Below are positions 47,440 to 61,043 of a DNA stretch of 64,000 nucleotides, one piece after another. This stretch comes from Macrostomum hystrix (Eukaryota > Animalia > Platyhelminthes), in NCBI GenBank assembly GCA_950097015.1, contig CATNEN010000039.1, forward strand, positions 18,476,001-18,540,000, read 5' to 3'. The translations under genes were made by a program, and so were the position numbers. A model generated the notes under the pieces. The model did no database searches, was not told the origin of the DNA, and saw only the letters and a program-made list of their open reading frames with translations. Each line of letters begins with the position of its first letter. The first letter of the stretch is position 1.

Positions 47440-49635
47440 GTCAGAGTTTGAGGAGAAAGATAATGGCTCTGAGTTTGAGGAGAAAGATAATGGCCCTGAG
47501 TTTGAGGAGAGAGATAATGGCCCTGAGTTTGAGGAGAAAGATAATGGCCCTGAGTTTGAGGAGAATGATAATGGCTCTGAGTTTCTGATGGGTAGGGTAG
47601 TCCTGAGTTTGTTGAGGTGAGAGTAGTCCTGAGTTTGTGGAGGTGAGAGTAGTCCTGAGTTTGTGGAGGGGAGAGTAGCCCTGAGTTTGTGGAGGTGAGA
47701 GCAGTCCTGAGTTTGTTGAGGGGAGAGTAGTCCTGAGTTTGTTGAGGGGAGTGTAGTCCTGAGTTTGTGGAGGTGAGAGTAGTCCTGAGTTTGTGATGGA
47801 TAGAGTAGTCCTGAGTTTACGGATGGGAGTGTAGTCCTGAGTTTCTGGAGGTTAGAGTAGTCATGAGTTTACGGATGGGAGTGTAGTCCTGAGTTTCTGG
47901 AGGTTAGAGTAGTCCTGAGTTTGTTGAGGTGAGAGTAGTCCTGAGTTTGTGGAGGTGAGAGTAGTCCTGAGTTTGTTGAGGTTAGAGTAGTCCTGAGTTT
48001 GTGGAGGTGAGAGTAGTCCTGAGTTTGTTGAGGTGAGAGTAGTCCTGAGTTTGTGGAGGTGAGAGTAGTCCTGAGTTTGTGGAGGGGAGAGTAGTCCTGA
48101 GTTTGTTGAGGTGAGAGTAGTCCTGAGTTTACGGATGGGAGTGTAGTCCTGAGTTTCTGGAGGTGAGAGTAGTCCTGAGTTTCTGGAGGTGAGAGTAGTC
48201 CTGAGTTTGTGGAGATGAGATTAGTCCAGAGTTTACGGATGGGAGTGTAGTCCTGAGTTTGTATAGGTGAGAGCAGTCCTGAGTTTACGGATGGGAGTGT
48301 AGTCCTGAGTTTGTTCAGGTGAGAGTAGTCCTGAGTTTGTTCAGGTGAGAGCAGTCCTGAGTTTACGGAGGGGAGAGTAGTCCTGAGTTTGTATAGGTGA
48401 GAGTAGTCCTGAGTTTGTTGAGGTGAGAGTAGTCCTGAGTTTGTTGAGGTTAGAGTAGTCCTGAGTTTGTGGAGGTGAGAGTAGTCCTGAGTTTGTTGAG
48501 GTGAGAGTAGTCCTGAGTTTGTGGAGGTGAGAGTAGTCCTGAGTTTACGGATGGGAGTGTAGTCCTGAGTTTCTGGAGGTTAGAGTAGTCCTGAGTTTGT
48601 GATGGATAGAGTAGTCCTGAGTTTGTTGAGGTGAGAGTAGTCCTGAGTTTACGGATGGGAGTGTAGTCCTGAGTTTCTGGAGGTTAGAGTAGTCATGAGT
48701 TTACGGATGGGAGTGTAGTCCTGAGTTTCTGGAGGTTAGAGTAGTCCTGAGTTTGTTGAGGTGAGAGTAGTCCTGAGTTTGTGGAGGGGAGAGTAGTCCT
48801 GAGTTTGTTGAGGTGAGAGTAGTCCTGAGTTTGTTGAGGTGAGAGTAGTCCTGAGTTTACGGATGGGAGTGTAGTCCTGAGTTTCTGGAGGTGAGAGTAG
48901 TCCTGAGTTTCTGGAGGTGAGAGTAGTCCTGAGTTTGTGGAGATGAGATTAGTCCAGAGTTTACGGATGGGAGTGTAGTCCTGAGTTTGTGGAGGTGAGA
49001 GCAGTCCAGAGTTTACGGATGGGAGTGTAGTCCTGAGTTTGTATAGGTGAGAGCAGTCCTGAGTTTACGGATGGGAGTGTAGTCCTGAGTTTGTTCAGGT
49101 GAGAGTAGTCCTGAGTTTGTTCAGGTGAGAGCAGTCCTGAGTTTACGGATGGGAGTGTAGTCCTGAGTTTGTATAGGTGAGAGCAGTCCTGAGTTTACGG
49201 ATGGGAGTGTAGTCCTGAGTTTGTTCAGGTGAGAGTAGTCCTGAGTTTGTTCAGGTGAGAGTAGTCCTGAGTTTGTTCAGGTGAGAGTAGTCCTGAGTTT
49301 ACGGATGGGAGTGTAGTCCTGAGTTTGTATAGGTGAGAGCAGTCCTGAGTTTACGGATGGGAGTGTAGTCCTGAGTTTCTGGAGGTGAGAGTAGTCCTGA
49401 GTTTCTGGAGGTGAGAGTAGTCCTGAGTTTGTGGAGATGAGATTAGTCCAGAGTTTACGGATGGGAGTGTAGTCCTGAGTTTGTGGAGGTGAGAGCAGTC
49501 CAGAGTTTACGGATGGGAGTGTAGTCCTGAGTTTGTATAGGTGAGAGCAGTCCTGAGTTTACGGATGGGAGTGTAGTCCTGAGTTTTTATAGGTGAGAGC
49601 AGTCCTGAGTTTACGGATGGGAGTGTAGTCCTGTG
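47440..49635. repeat. 26-bp minisatellite (GAGAGTAGTCCTGAGTTTGTGGAGGT and variants), preceded by 27-bp related units, downstream of the Dicer stop
   Basis: Direct inspection. Confidence 0.95.
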
Positions 49636-50948
49636 TATATTGTATTTCTGAGCATATCATTTGTGAATGAAAATCATTATTCAGAATTCGTGTCCGTTTG
49701 CTAGACACGCCATTTTTATTGTTATTTAAAATACGTATATACCGACTCGCACTTAAAAAATGAATTAGCATGTTGTGAAATAAAAGTTGAACTAGTTGAT
49801 TTATCACTCACTATACCACTATACTACATGAAGCAGCTACGGTTATAAGTAATACTTGTTTATCTTTTTTTAATTTGTTTTTTAGATTTTCGAATAAGTT
49901 GATTTTACTAAGGACTTATGACCTTTGCGTAGTTGAAAAAAATGTCTGCTTAGTAAGCTTTTAATTTGTTAAATAGTTAGAAGTGCAGTTGAGTAACGAA
50001 ATTAAGAGTAACGAAGTTCCATGACATACTCATACTACTTAAACGTGGTAAGTAGTAAGCTATGCATCATTTTTCTGAAGCTCTGCTGGGAACTAGTTTT
50101 TATCCTTAACCTGCGATCGAATGACCGAGTCAGGTTTACACCAGTAGATTAGCCCATATCGACCGACGCGCGGCTGATTTGCTGGCGGGCTATTGCCCCT
50201 CTACGGTTGGCCACAGGACACCGGTCGCGTTACCCGATGCGTGGCGCGGTGTCGCCAGTGTGCAGTAGCTGCACAACTACTTATGAACTACCAAATCTGG
50301 ATGATGTGAAGTTGTCTAGAGTATTGGTGCAAGATTAGTGAAAAATGTAAAAATACGTGTATTCGCTACATGTAAAATATAATTATGATTTCTGAGATCA
50401 GCCAAGAAGTGTTTTCTTATTCTTACGGGACAGTAAGGGGACAAACACCCGCGCCGCACATTGCATAAATACTGGCGAAGTTTCTTATCGAAACACACTA
50501 TAATACTTTTGAAGTAGGCAGTAGTATCATATTTTGGTTTCTATAAAATAGTAGGCGTAAAGTAGACCCTGAGTATCTTGGGATATAAGGGTTTGAGAAT
50601 ACTCTTAAGTACATTGGGGTAATATGGGGAACTCAGTTCGTGGAGGAGGTGGGCCTCTGGGAGAAGCGAGACTCAGTGGGGGTAGAAGGCTGGGGGAAAA
50701 GGCGGCGTAGAAAGCTCAGACCCGCCAGCGGACCAATCAGCGCGCGGAGGCACCCACCTCAAAAGCAACCATCAGTTCTTACTAAAAAAAGATTAACTTA
50801 TTAAAATCAATTAAGCTGATTCGTAACCATGTTATAATCATTAGTTAATTGCCGTATCTAGGACTCCAATTCCATACTGAACAGCTATATTTACAACAAA
50901 GCATTTTGCTTCTCAAATTAGTTTAGACAGCTATATTATTAGACAGTG

Positions 50949-51614
50949 TTAGACACCGCAACCAGGTCGTTGTAGTCGACGCCGACAGACCCTACGCACA
51001 AAGTCCTCCTGCTCCTGTAGCTGCACAGCGGCCAATCCGCCGGCTGCCAGCAGCTCCGACTTCGGCGGCGGAGCGCCCCAGCAGGCGAGTAGACTTCGCT
51101 GACCCTGTCTTTCATTGGCGTCGCACAGATTGTCGCCAACTAGGAGGCAGTCGCCGCGGCCATCCAAGCCAGTCAGCTTAATGCCTAGAGGAACTCGCGA
51201 CATTGACAGGCCGGCGTCTAGCAGAGCCAACGAGCTGGCGTTCAATATTGCCACGGCGGCTTCAATTGAGCCGGCAACTCCGACTGGTGAAGCCTCGATT
51301 AGAGTGACAATGACTGACAGACACATATTTGGATAGTCGGTCAATACTATGCACCTTTTTAAACAATCGTGCACCAGACTTTCTATAGCTTTTAATGAGC
51401 GAGCGCCGGAACCGCCGCCAGCAGCTGAGATCAACGACAGGCGAAGATCGGCTTCGCGAGGTTGGTGACGATAACGATTGGTACCTCCTCCCATGCTGCC
51501 AATGCTAATTGGTCCATTTACATAGGCTAATGCCGCGGATTGATAGCAACGATACAGACAGGATCCACTAGCAGAGTGGACTAGGCCTAGTTCTGCACTG
51601 CGCAATGGCGCCAT
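50949..51614 (-). CDS. EXOSC5: Exosome complex component RRP46-like (RNase PH fold), intronless
   Basis: LRSAELGLVHSASGSC...ALAYVNGP...YPNMCLSVIVTLIE...GS...AILNASSLALLDAGLSM matches the RNase PH domain 1 pattern. The 221-aa length and short N-terminus fit RRP46 better than RRP41 or MTR3. Confidence 0.75.
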   Translation of the reverse strand: MAPLRSAELGLVHSASGSCLYRCYQSAALAYVNGPISIGSMGGGTNRYRHQPREADLRLSLISAAGGGSGARSLKAIESLVHDCLKRCIVLTDYPNMCLSVIVTLIEASPVGVAGSIEAAVAILNASSLALLDAGLSMSRVPLGIKLTGLDGRGDCLLVGDNLCDANERQGQRSLLACWGAPPPKSELLAAGGLAAVQLQEQEDFVRRVCRRRLQRPGCGV

Positions 51615-53511
51615 TTTAACATACAGAATATGTATACAGAATACAGAATGTGTTTAAACTGTATGCTTCAGAGATAAGCTGAAAGTTTTTGTAAAATGTG
51701 ATAAATGTGATTATTTTGACAGGCAGTAATTGTAGTCTAATGGCTTCATAGACACCTAAATAAACGGATATGGACTATGTCTAAAGTTCAGATAATAGTC
51801 ATGTTTTATATAAAAATATGGGTTGACTTAAAAAATCAAGGACAAAAAACCACAAGTTTTCTTTTGCTAAGAAAAATTACAAACTGTATTATAAACTTAA
51901 AAAACATAGTTTAATGACACTAATTTTACAATCGTGAAGAAAATAAGAAAATTATAGTATGAGTATAAGCTATATTTAAAAATATATATTTATGTAGCTC
52001 AATAGTTATTGCATTGGAAAGTCACAAAAAATTTGAATTTGAAAATATATTCATGAGGCTTTCTAAAAAAACTGTCTATTTTAGCAGTAATTTTTTTAAA
52101 ATATTTATGCCTAGTTCTGCTACACATGCCAAAACTAAAAGATACAATAATTTTATCCTCTCATAGCAAGTTTTAAACAAATAATAGGCCCATTAATTAG
52201 ATACAATGTGACAGAAAATAAAAAAGCAAAAAAACTGACCAAGAAAATGTTTTGTCTGTCAGAATTTTCCTGAAATTCCTATTAATCCTTGACTTAAGTC
52301 ATAGCTCATAGATACTGTTCTACACCAAGTCCAACACTTGCTCATTATTTATCTAGAAAGAACTTAATATTTTTAATAAATTGTCAGACTCAATATATAT
52401 TACCCTATTACTGTATTAGCTATATAGTAGTACCTACCCACATTGCATTAACAGTAGAACTAACAAAGGGGGAGACATTAAACCCCCCTTGGAAATTTTG
52501 TGCTTCCTGAACATACATGTGCAACCTCCCAAATCTTAGCTGGCCGTGGGACTTAGTTTTTGCTCTATTTACAACTTAGTTTGCTCTCATTTGCTCTATT
52601 TTTCACTCCCCTTTTTTCTTTTCTTCACGCCTTCCTTAATTGTCCCTTGGTCCTCACTTTGATTTTTTTGCACTTGGTTGATTGGTTTTTGTGACTTATC
52701 TTGCTTGGCCCTCATTTCACCTGGCTGGTTTGGCCAGGTCGGCCGGGTGTTGCGCATATATGACTGTTATTATATACTTTATTAACAAAAACATTCTTGC
52801 TTAACAATAATCATCTCTGAAAGTCAGGCCTAAAGGCCTAGCTACATGGGGTATAGCAGATTTGCCAAATTATTAGTAGGACTTAGCTAGTATGATGTAC
52901 AAAAAGGCAAAAAGCCATTGTGATGTTGAAATATTACAGCCAAATGTCAGACTTCAGTCTTCTTTGGTGGCGGGCTATCTTTTCCATGATCATGTTGAAG
53001 CAAACTCAGGCACAGCTCTAATTCTATGGCTATGGCAATCATGTTCAGTGGGTCCAGGTGGCCTAGTGTCCCTGTGCTAGATAGTGAGCCATTCCCATTT
53101 GCTGGTGTCTGCATGGCCAGTGCCAACAGACTTAGCCTGCAGGTGCTCCAGCTAGTGAGAGCTGGGAATACACATTAATCCTCTTGCCTATGGCAACTAC
53201 AAACTGTTTAGGATCCGGAATGCTTCACTTTGTTTTTGATCTGAAGCAGAAATCTTAGGCTTCAATAGTTTCATATTTAGAGAAGAGGTATTTTTAAATG
53301 TTTACAGCAATCATTAACTTGAAAAAAATAATTAATTAAACCTGCCCTGATTGGGCTGGAAATGCAGCCAACAGTATAGCTGCAGCCATTGCGTGGTGCA
53401 TTTGAAGGCTGCTTATGCTTCCTGCCATTCAGTCCATGGACATGGGAAGATGCCACACCCACCCTTAATTACCTCAGCTGAATTGTCTTTCCAAATGACA
53501 ATCTGTTTCAA

Positions 53512-53576
53512 TGGAGTCAAGATTAGAACCCCCAAACTTCAAGTCGTAAGTTCTATACTGTAACCACTAGGCTACA
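53512..53576 (-). mobile_element. Degenerate tRNA-like/SINE head
   Basis: Minus strand GTAGCCTAGTGGTTA (A box) ... GGGGTTCTAATCTT (B-box-like); no complete cloverleaf. Confidence 0.4.
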
Positions 53577-54995
53577 ACTAAAAATAACAAAAAAAACTAT
53601 TACAAACTTATATTAGTAAACAATAGTGTTAGCAAGCTTGCTAAGTAGCTAGCAATTTGAAGACTGAGATAGCAAAAATACTATAAACAATAGGCCCTAC
53701 AGTAAATTATTAAATGACAGCATGTATTGATTTTGTATTAATCCACGAGAGATGTGGTGGGACGAAGACAGTAATTAAGGATGCATAGCTCCAATAAAAG
53801 AACATAATTCTGCATATTTCGAAATATACACATTATATTGCGGTCTACAAGCATGTCAGAATTGAGTTGCTGTGTTAACAATGAATGTTATAATAACTGG
53901 CACGATTGTCATGCGGTTAAAAATGAAAACTTTTTACGAGTTGCAAATTTACAAGCATTTATAACAACTAAATGTTTTATTTATTAAAAAGGCATTTTAT
54001 ATCAACTTTAATATAACATTTTGAAAATCTTTACTATTTAAGAGTATTAAATTTTTGTTATTATACACAGGTTCAATTTTTTCTTTAGTCGCGAAAATAA
54101 AATTATTCCTTTGTCCTGTGATTTGAGCCTACAATAAAAAAGAATTCTGAACGTTGTATACAAGTCAAAAGCAAGGACCACTAGGAGTAGAAGGACGGGC
54201 AACTACGTTTCTTAGAAATAGTTGAATGCTAGTTTTAGCGAATAAATACACAACGGAGATATGAAATTTTCACATTTGCTTCTGATTTTCAGATTTAACT
54301 GATGACAGCTTTTGATTGGAATTAGATGCAAAGCTGTTCTTTTGATATAACTTTCCTGAATAGCATGAATAAAGATATCATTTCGAACTTTCAACTTTTG
54401 CGCTTGTGACGAAAACAATGGCGAACGTGTACGTATAGCGGTAGCAATTATTTGGTAGCATCTTTAGTTGTAGCTTGCACGGTTATATTTGTTCTTCAGT
54501 TGACGTATTTACTTATTTCTTTCGAAGCGTACAAATGCACTTTATGAGCTCGACCACTCAAGCACTTTGGGGATTATAAGACAGTGCGAGACATACGGTT
54601 ACTATAAAGTCTGTAACTTAACCTACTCTACAAAAATTATAAGTCAATGGCTTGATAGCTGAGACAATTTAGATTGAAATTCAGATTGCGTCCAGTTGAA
54701 ACTAAATTACTTGCTGTTGCTCTCTCGAGCTGCCTCAGCGTTCCGATTTAAACACGCACTAGCTTTTTTTGCCCGTTGTTTTTGGGGCAGAAATTTAAAG
54801 CAAAGCAGTAAGCAATTCACGTCTCTGTATTAACTTTATAGTGAAGGTCACCATTTATTTATTTACTGCATTAATGAAAAGTGAAGAGTTTGTTTAAGGG
54901 CGTTTTAAGTAAAAAAGAAGTGAAAAGTTTGTCCAAACAGCCCCCTCTTGATTACTTCTTTAGAAACATGTCTCTTAGCCACTCCTCTATACAGT

Positions 54996-55267
54996 CAGTG
55001 GCAGATCCAGGAATTTTGTTTTGGGGCGGTCTGTCAGGGGAGCGCCATGAGAATCACAGAGGGGGTGCCAGCGGCCGAAAAAGGGCGCCAGGAGCCAAGA
55101 AAGGGCGCCAGCGGCTGAAAAACGGGAGCCAGCGGCTGAAAAAGGGGCGCCAGCGGCCGAAAAGGGGCGCCAGTGCTGCGACTGGCGCCCCTGGTGGGGG
55201 CATCTTATTCCCATGATTAAAATTTAGGGGGGCGACTGCCCCCCGCCCCCCCCTAAATCTGCCTCTG
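54996..55267. mobile_element. hAT-type MITE (272 bp) nested in the Helitron 3' region
   Basis: Imperfect TIRs CAGTGGCAGATCCAGG / CCTAAATCTGCCTCTG; 8-bp TSD TATACAGT at 54988-54995 and 55268-55275; internal ~21-bp GC-rich repeats. Confidence 0.88.
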
Positions 55268-55419
55268 TATACAGTATGCATGTACACGCGTATACATAAG
55301 GAAAATAGCCATGGCATAACAATAACAATGTCAAAGAAACAAAATTAAACTGTTTCAGAGTTCAGAGTTAGACAGGTCAAGGTCAATTCGTGACTACTTT
55401 TCTATTAATTGCTTGCGAG

Positions 55420-56390
55420 TCACCTCAAGGCCTGGGGATACACCACATTCTTCGTTCTTCCCCTTGGTGCGAAAATGAATAGGCCAGCTGGAGTTCCAAC
55501 ACGGGAGCAGGCGACATAAAGCTGCCCATGCGAGAAGCAAGGAGTCTCCAGGTTGATGCCAGCCACCTTCAGCGACTGTCCCTGAGCCTTGTTAATAGTC
55601 ATCGCAAAGCACACTCTCACAGGGAACTGCAGTCGCTTGAACTGAAATGGCAGGTCCGTGGGGATAATTGGAATCCGGGGAACGAACACAGACTCTCCTC
55701 TGCCAGATCCAGTCATTATCGTGGCCTCAATCACGTGTGGGAAGAGCCGCCTGACTATCAGTCTGGTGCCGTTACACAGCCTTGGCGCATTCAGGTTGCG
55801 GAGGAGCATAATTGGTGCCCCAACTTTCAGCTGCAAGTTGTGCGATGGAGTTCCAGGAGGATCTAGAGAGTTCAGAAACTCAACAGGATACTCCACAGCG
55901 GTGTCATCAGTCAACGTTGTATCAATTGACTTGTAGGTGAAAACTGCACCTGGCAACTCCTGAAGCAGTTGGTAGTTAATTTCGTTGGCGGCATCATTTC
56001 TAGGACACAGAATTGCCCTCTCTGACAGCCAGTCAACGTCAGCATATCGAACCATCAAGTTCGGGTAAACTTTTGCCTTGAGCTCCTGCACTGACTGCAC
56101 AATGGTTCCGATTGTAGCGATCGATGACTGCCCATCCTCGGTGCTAATCTCCAGCAGACCATTGCCGATTCGCAATAGATTGGCAGAGAACTCATGAGCT
56201 GTTTCGTCTCCTTGAATTGTAGCTCTCATGTTTGTTCGTAGGTGCAACTTCACAACCGATGGCCACAGGTGAGATAATTTTAGGCAAGCATTAATCTCAT
56301 CAGCAGGAGTGCCACGCGGAATCACAGGCAGCGTCTGTCTAAAGTCTCCAGACAGCAGCAGAGTGACACCACCCATCAGTTGATCGCCAG
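55420..56390 (-). pseudogene. C-terminal half of a Helitron RepHel PIF1-like helicase (Rep domain and Walker A/B missing)
   Basis: GGVTLLLSGDFRQTLPV, LRTNMR, AILCPRN, LKVGAPIMLLRNL, LCNGTRL, QFPVRVCFAMTINKAQGQSL, FSHGQLYVACSRV, TKNVVY. Confidence 0.9.
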
Positions 56391-58477
56391 CCTCTCTCTT
56401 TCTTCTATCCCAGGCTGGCTGGAGAGAAATATCGACCGGAGAGCCCTGCGCACTGGGACGCCACCGCACTCACCGCACTCAGTCTCAGTGCTGCTTGGGG
56501 GCCAGTAGACAGTCTAGGGGTTTGGGCTGTGTACATTCACGGCTTGAAATACAATGTACAGTCTGGGGCTTCGGCGCCCGGGGAAGGGAGGGGGTGGCTG
56601 TAATAAAATTTGGCCCGCAGAGTGGCGGAGGGGAGTTGGGGTGGCTGTCCTCGGAAAACAAAAAGTGACTCACTTTGAGATGATGCAGCTTTGCTCTGGA
56701 TTGAGTAGAGATGTTCAAAAGTGAGAGCATTGTTGGAAAACATGTAAAGTGTAAGTGGATCAAATTTGGAGAAAATCTGACAAAGTGGGGCGACGATATG
56801 TCGAATTGAGTGATTTTTTGACGATTTTTGAGCAGTTTTTTGCACTTTTGAGCAGGAAGGAAATGATTTTTCGGGAATTTGAGTAGCCTATTGCACTCAG
56901 TGTAGGTGGTTTTAGGTATGTGCAAAGTTTGGTGCGATTTGGTTGAGCGGTTTTGGCGTCTATAAAGACAAAAGGTTGCACACACACAGACAGACAGAGT
57001 TTTCACTTTTATATATATAGATAGTCGCAGAACAAATGAATGAGCAGGGAAAGAGAGAGAGAGAGCAAACCAGGGGACGCACTAGAGAAAGGGGCAAGCA
57101 GCTCTGAAGTAAACATCACGTTTCTTTAAATACATTTTAAATTTCTACGAAACCGCAATGTAACCAACCGTTGGCATTGAAGCGATTAAACAACTCAACG
57201 AGTATCAACGACTATTGCTAACCTATGGAAAGAACCGAGCGAATTTATCTACGCAAACTTATTGTACTCGTAACAACAAAATATGACTTCACGACGTCAC
57301 ACGCAAATCATTTAGATTTAGAATGGGTCACAGGCGGTCGATGAAAATTACCTATAACATAATAACATAGATCTCTCTGAGCTTCTCTTGAACTACACGC
57401 TCTGTTTTCGCCCCACAAACAGTCTTTGTTTGAAAGACATATATTTTAGGGTGCATGCTTATCAGCAATTTTCTTTGCAAAAAACCTGCGTGCTGTGTGC
57501 AGTAGTTTCATTTTATTTGAGATAGAGAATCAGCGGTTTGCTACTAAAATAGTATTATAATAGGCTAAATCAGAAAAATCCTGTTGTATTCATATTTCGT
57601 CACTCGGCAATGGTGCACCTATGATAAATTAAGGGATCGGAAGAAGAAAAAATAATAATGTATGTCCACTTTCTTGGCATTATATTGATTATGTAGCAAA
57701 AAGATAGTTCCCGTGGAAGAAGATATTGATTAATTAGTTTAATAAAGAAATACCAAAATGGGAAGTATTTATGTTTGGATGAACCAGAAGTGCACGGGTA
57801 CCATATCTTATTTTAAAATTTTAAAATTTTAAACAAGGAAAATAGAAAACACGCACTGCAGCAAATCCTCGAATGGGAATTAAAGTAAGCAATATACAAC
57901 AGTTTTTTTTCGCGACCAAAAATTAATTATCAGACTAGAAAGGTATTGCTCATGCAATGGCCTACACAATCAACAGAATAATAAAAGTAAAGGTATTGAA
58001 AAAATCTGAATTTATGATTTAGATAAGTTTATAGTAAAAAATTATACACGGAAAAATGGTTTCATTGAAGCCTGTACAAATAGTTTAGGCAATTTTTTAG
58101 CTATAAAAAACTGACGGAGCTAATGTACAAACTATAAAGAAACGATGCTTATGGTTGAATCCTAGATGATTATTGTCTGCATTTTCTATTATACGAACGA
58201 TACTCTGGATAAGGAAAACTATAGAATGGGAAGAATTTAGTGCTTCAATGACTCACAAAATTTCCATTGAGTTCTTGCACTGTGCAGCAAACCAAGTCTA
58301 AATAAAAGTGCTTTAAGTGCTGGGCAGACAAACGCGAAGTAGCTAATTCTTTGATGCAAGCGTCAAGTTTTTTTTAATCACGATAACATAAAGGAACTCA
58401 TAGTGTGGAGTATTTAAATTATATCATTGGACTTTAAATCATATTTTTTCGTTGAAATTAGTTTGCTTAATACTCGA

Positions 58478-58630
58478 CTTCTATTCTATATTCTATACTC
58501 TATTCTATTCTATTCTATTCAATTCCATTCTATTCTATTCAATTCTATTCTATTCAATTATATTCTATTCAATTGTATTCTATTCTATTCAATTCTATTC
58601 AATTCTATTCTATTCTTCTATTCTATTCTG
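58478..58630. repeat. Degenerate (ATTCT)n microsatellite
   Basis: Direct inspection. Confidence 0.9.
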
Positions 58631-58724
58631 CTTCTTTAAGTTTCTTATAAGATAAGGCAGAAGTGACACTCTCAGTGTACATTGGAACCTTTGGAATACC
58701 TCAAGGACGTCAAGAATTGCACGA

Positions 58725-58831
58725 CAAGCCCTCAAAGCCTTCTCTCCGCGGCTGCGCCCAAAATTAATGTGGCCTCGCCGAGGAATTGAGCTCAGGAACC
58801 TTGTCGCGAGAGAGGTCAAACGCGTTAGACC
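58725..58831 (-). mobile_element. tRNA-derived SINE fragment (copy 2)
   Basis: AAATTAATGTGGCCTCGC(C/T)GAGGAAT(T/C)GAGCTCAGG...AAACGCGTTAGACC is shared with 18415-18517. Confidence 0.6.
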
Positions 58832-59041
58832 TAAAGATTTTTGACGCTCGAAATTTAATTTAAATTTTCTAAAATGAACTAATTTTACTCAAACAAAACA
58901 AACGCTTTCGAATCATTGAAACTCTAGTTAAAGTCACATTTAAAGCAAATAGATTGACCAACGAGACTATAGACAAAAAACTAGAAAAATTGTGAAAAAA
59001 CAAACAGAACAGGCGAAATTGATCAGGGTCGAATTATTCTG

Positions 59042-61008
59042 TCACGTGAGCTCAGTAAAGGTCATGCCGCCCTCCTGCGACGAGGAGGCGTGGCTTCCAG
59101 CAGACGAGCCGGTCGGCATCGGGTAGCTGTCGTACATCGCCACCGAAGCGGCTGCGGCTGCTGCCGCCTGCATCATGTGAAAATTGTCGTAGTGGTGCCG
59201 CATATCGCTGCAATTTTGCGTTGTGTACTACTGAAGTTAGTAGTGTGTGGTGCATGCAACAAATAGTTGTCTTCAGTTCTATTCTATTCTATTCTATTCT
59301 ATTCTATTCTATTCTATTCTATTCTATTCTATTATATTCTATTATATTCTATTCTATTCTATTCTATTCTATTCTATTCTATTCTATTCTATTCTATTCT
59401 ATTCTATTCTATTCTATTCTATTCTATTCTATTCTATTCTATTCTATTCTATTCTATTCTATTCTATTCTATTCTATTCTATTCTATTCTATTCTATTCT
59501 ATTCTATTCTATTCTATTCTATTCTATTCTATTCTATTCTATTCTATTCTATTCTATTCTATTCTATTCTATTCTATTCTATTCTATTCTATTCTATTCT
59601 ATTCTATTCTATTGTAATTTGTGTTTCTACCTGGCAGCCGGTTTGTAGTCAATCTTGGTCAGGTAGCCGGCATGCAGGGCGGCCTCTTCTGGTCCGTAGC
59701 CAGTCATTGCCGACTGGTGCATCGGGAGGTGCAGCTTCTTGAGATCTGCGAGAAAACAGAGGCTTTGCTGAATGATCTGAGGCTTTGCTGAAGGATCTGA
59801 GGCTTTGCTGAAGGATTTCAGGCTTTGCTGAATGATCTGAGGCTTTGCTGAAGGATCTGAGGCTTTGCTGAAGGATCTGAGGCTTTGCTGAATGATCTGA
59901 TGCTTTGCTGAAGGATCTGAGGCTTTGCTGAAGGATTTCAGGCTTTGCTGAAGGATCTGAGGGTTTGCTGAAGGATTTCAGGCTTTGCTGAAGGATCTGA
60001 TGCTTTGCTGAAGGATCTGAGGCTTTGCTGAACGATCTGAGCCTTTGCTGAAGGATTTCAGGCTTTGCTGAAGGATCTGAGGCTTTGCTGAAGGATTTCA
60101 GGCTTTGCTGAAGGATCTGAGGGTTTGCTGAAGGATCTGAGGCTTTGCTGAATGATCTGAGGCTTTGCTGAAGGATCTGAGGGTTTGCTGAAGGATCTGA
60201 GGCTTTGCTGAAGGATCTGAGGCTTTGCTGAAGGATCTGAGGGTTTGCTGAAGGATCTGAGGCTCTGCTGAATGATCTGAGGCTTTGCTGAAGGATCTGA
60301 GGCTTTGCTGAAGGATCTGAGGCTTTGCTGAAGGATCTGAGGCTTTGCTGAAGGATCTGAGGCTTTGCTGAAGGATCTGAGGCTTTGCTGAAGGATCTGA
60401 GGGTTTGCTGAAGGATCTGAGGCTTTGCTGAAGGATTTCAGGCTTTGCTGAAGGATCTGAGGGTTTGCTGAAGGATCTGAGGCTTTGCTGAAGGATTTCA
60501 GGCTTTGCTGAAGGATCTGAGGGTTTGCTGAAGGATCTGAGGGTTTGCTGAAGGATCTGAGGGTTTTCTAAAATTAGGCTTTGAAAAAATCCCCTGATCT
60601 GATTGCAATTAGGTATCCTGATCTAAGAGCGAAAATTCCCCAGATGTTATTTCGCATCCCAGCTGCTGGAGATTGATGCCCAGGCGTCGTCAGACCAGGT
60701 GTTTAGGTAATTTGCAAATTTTTCAAAGAAACAGCCGACAATTTGTTTGAGTCTATAAGAAATGATTGTGTGGCAACTATTGATACCGTGCGTGGTCAAA
60801 CAGGACACATCTATCTAGTCGATTTTTTTGAATGGGCAGTTAAACGTCCGCGTTCTCACACCTGGGGTCACAGGCGAACTGGGAAGAAATCATTTTTAGC
60901 CTGTAATTACAGAAATTGCAGAAACTGCCCCTACCTTGCTGCTGCTGCTGCTGCTGCTGATGCAGCAGCTGCTGTTGCTGCTGCTGAAGATGATGAATGT
61001 GATGCTGG

Positions 61009-61043
<35 letters not shown>

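Larger units (their letters stand above)
54759..57021 (-). mobile_element. Internally deleted Helitron
   Basis: 5' end A|TCTATATATATAAAAGTG...CTGTCTGTCTGTGTG at 57021. Candidate 3' end is an imperfect GCCC..GGGC hairpin plus CTAG|T at 54759. PIF1-type helicase remnant inside. The 3' end is less certain than the 5' end. Confidence 0.8.

Noticed and set aside
35153-51614. Dicer and RRP46 adjacency as an RNA-processing gene cluster, or as cargo of the transposon
   Set aside because: Both genes lie outside the TSD-defined element and are convergent; nothing in the sequence shows a functional link.
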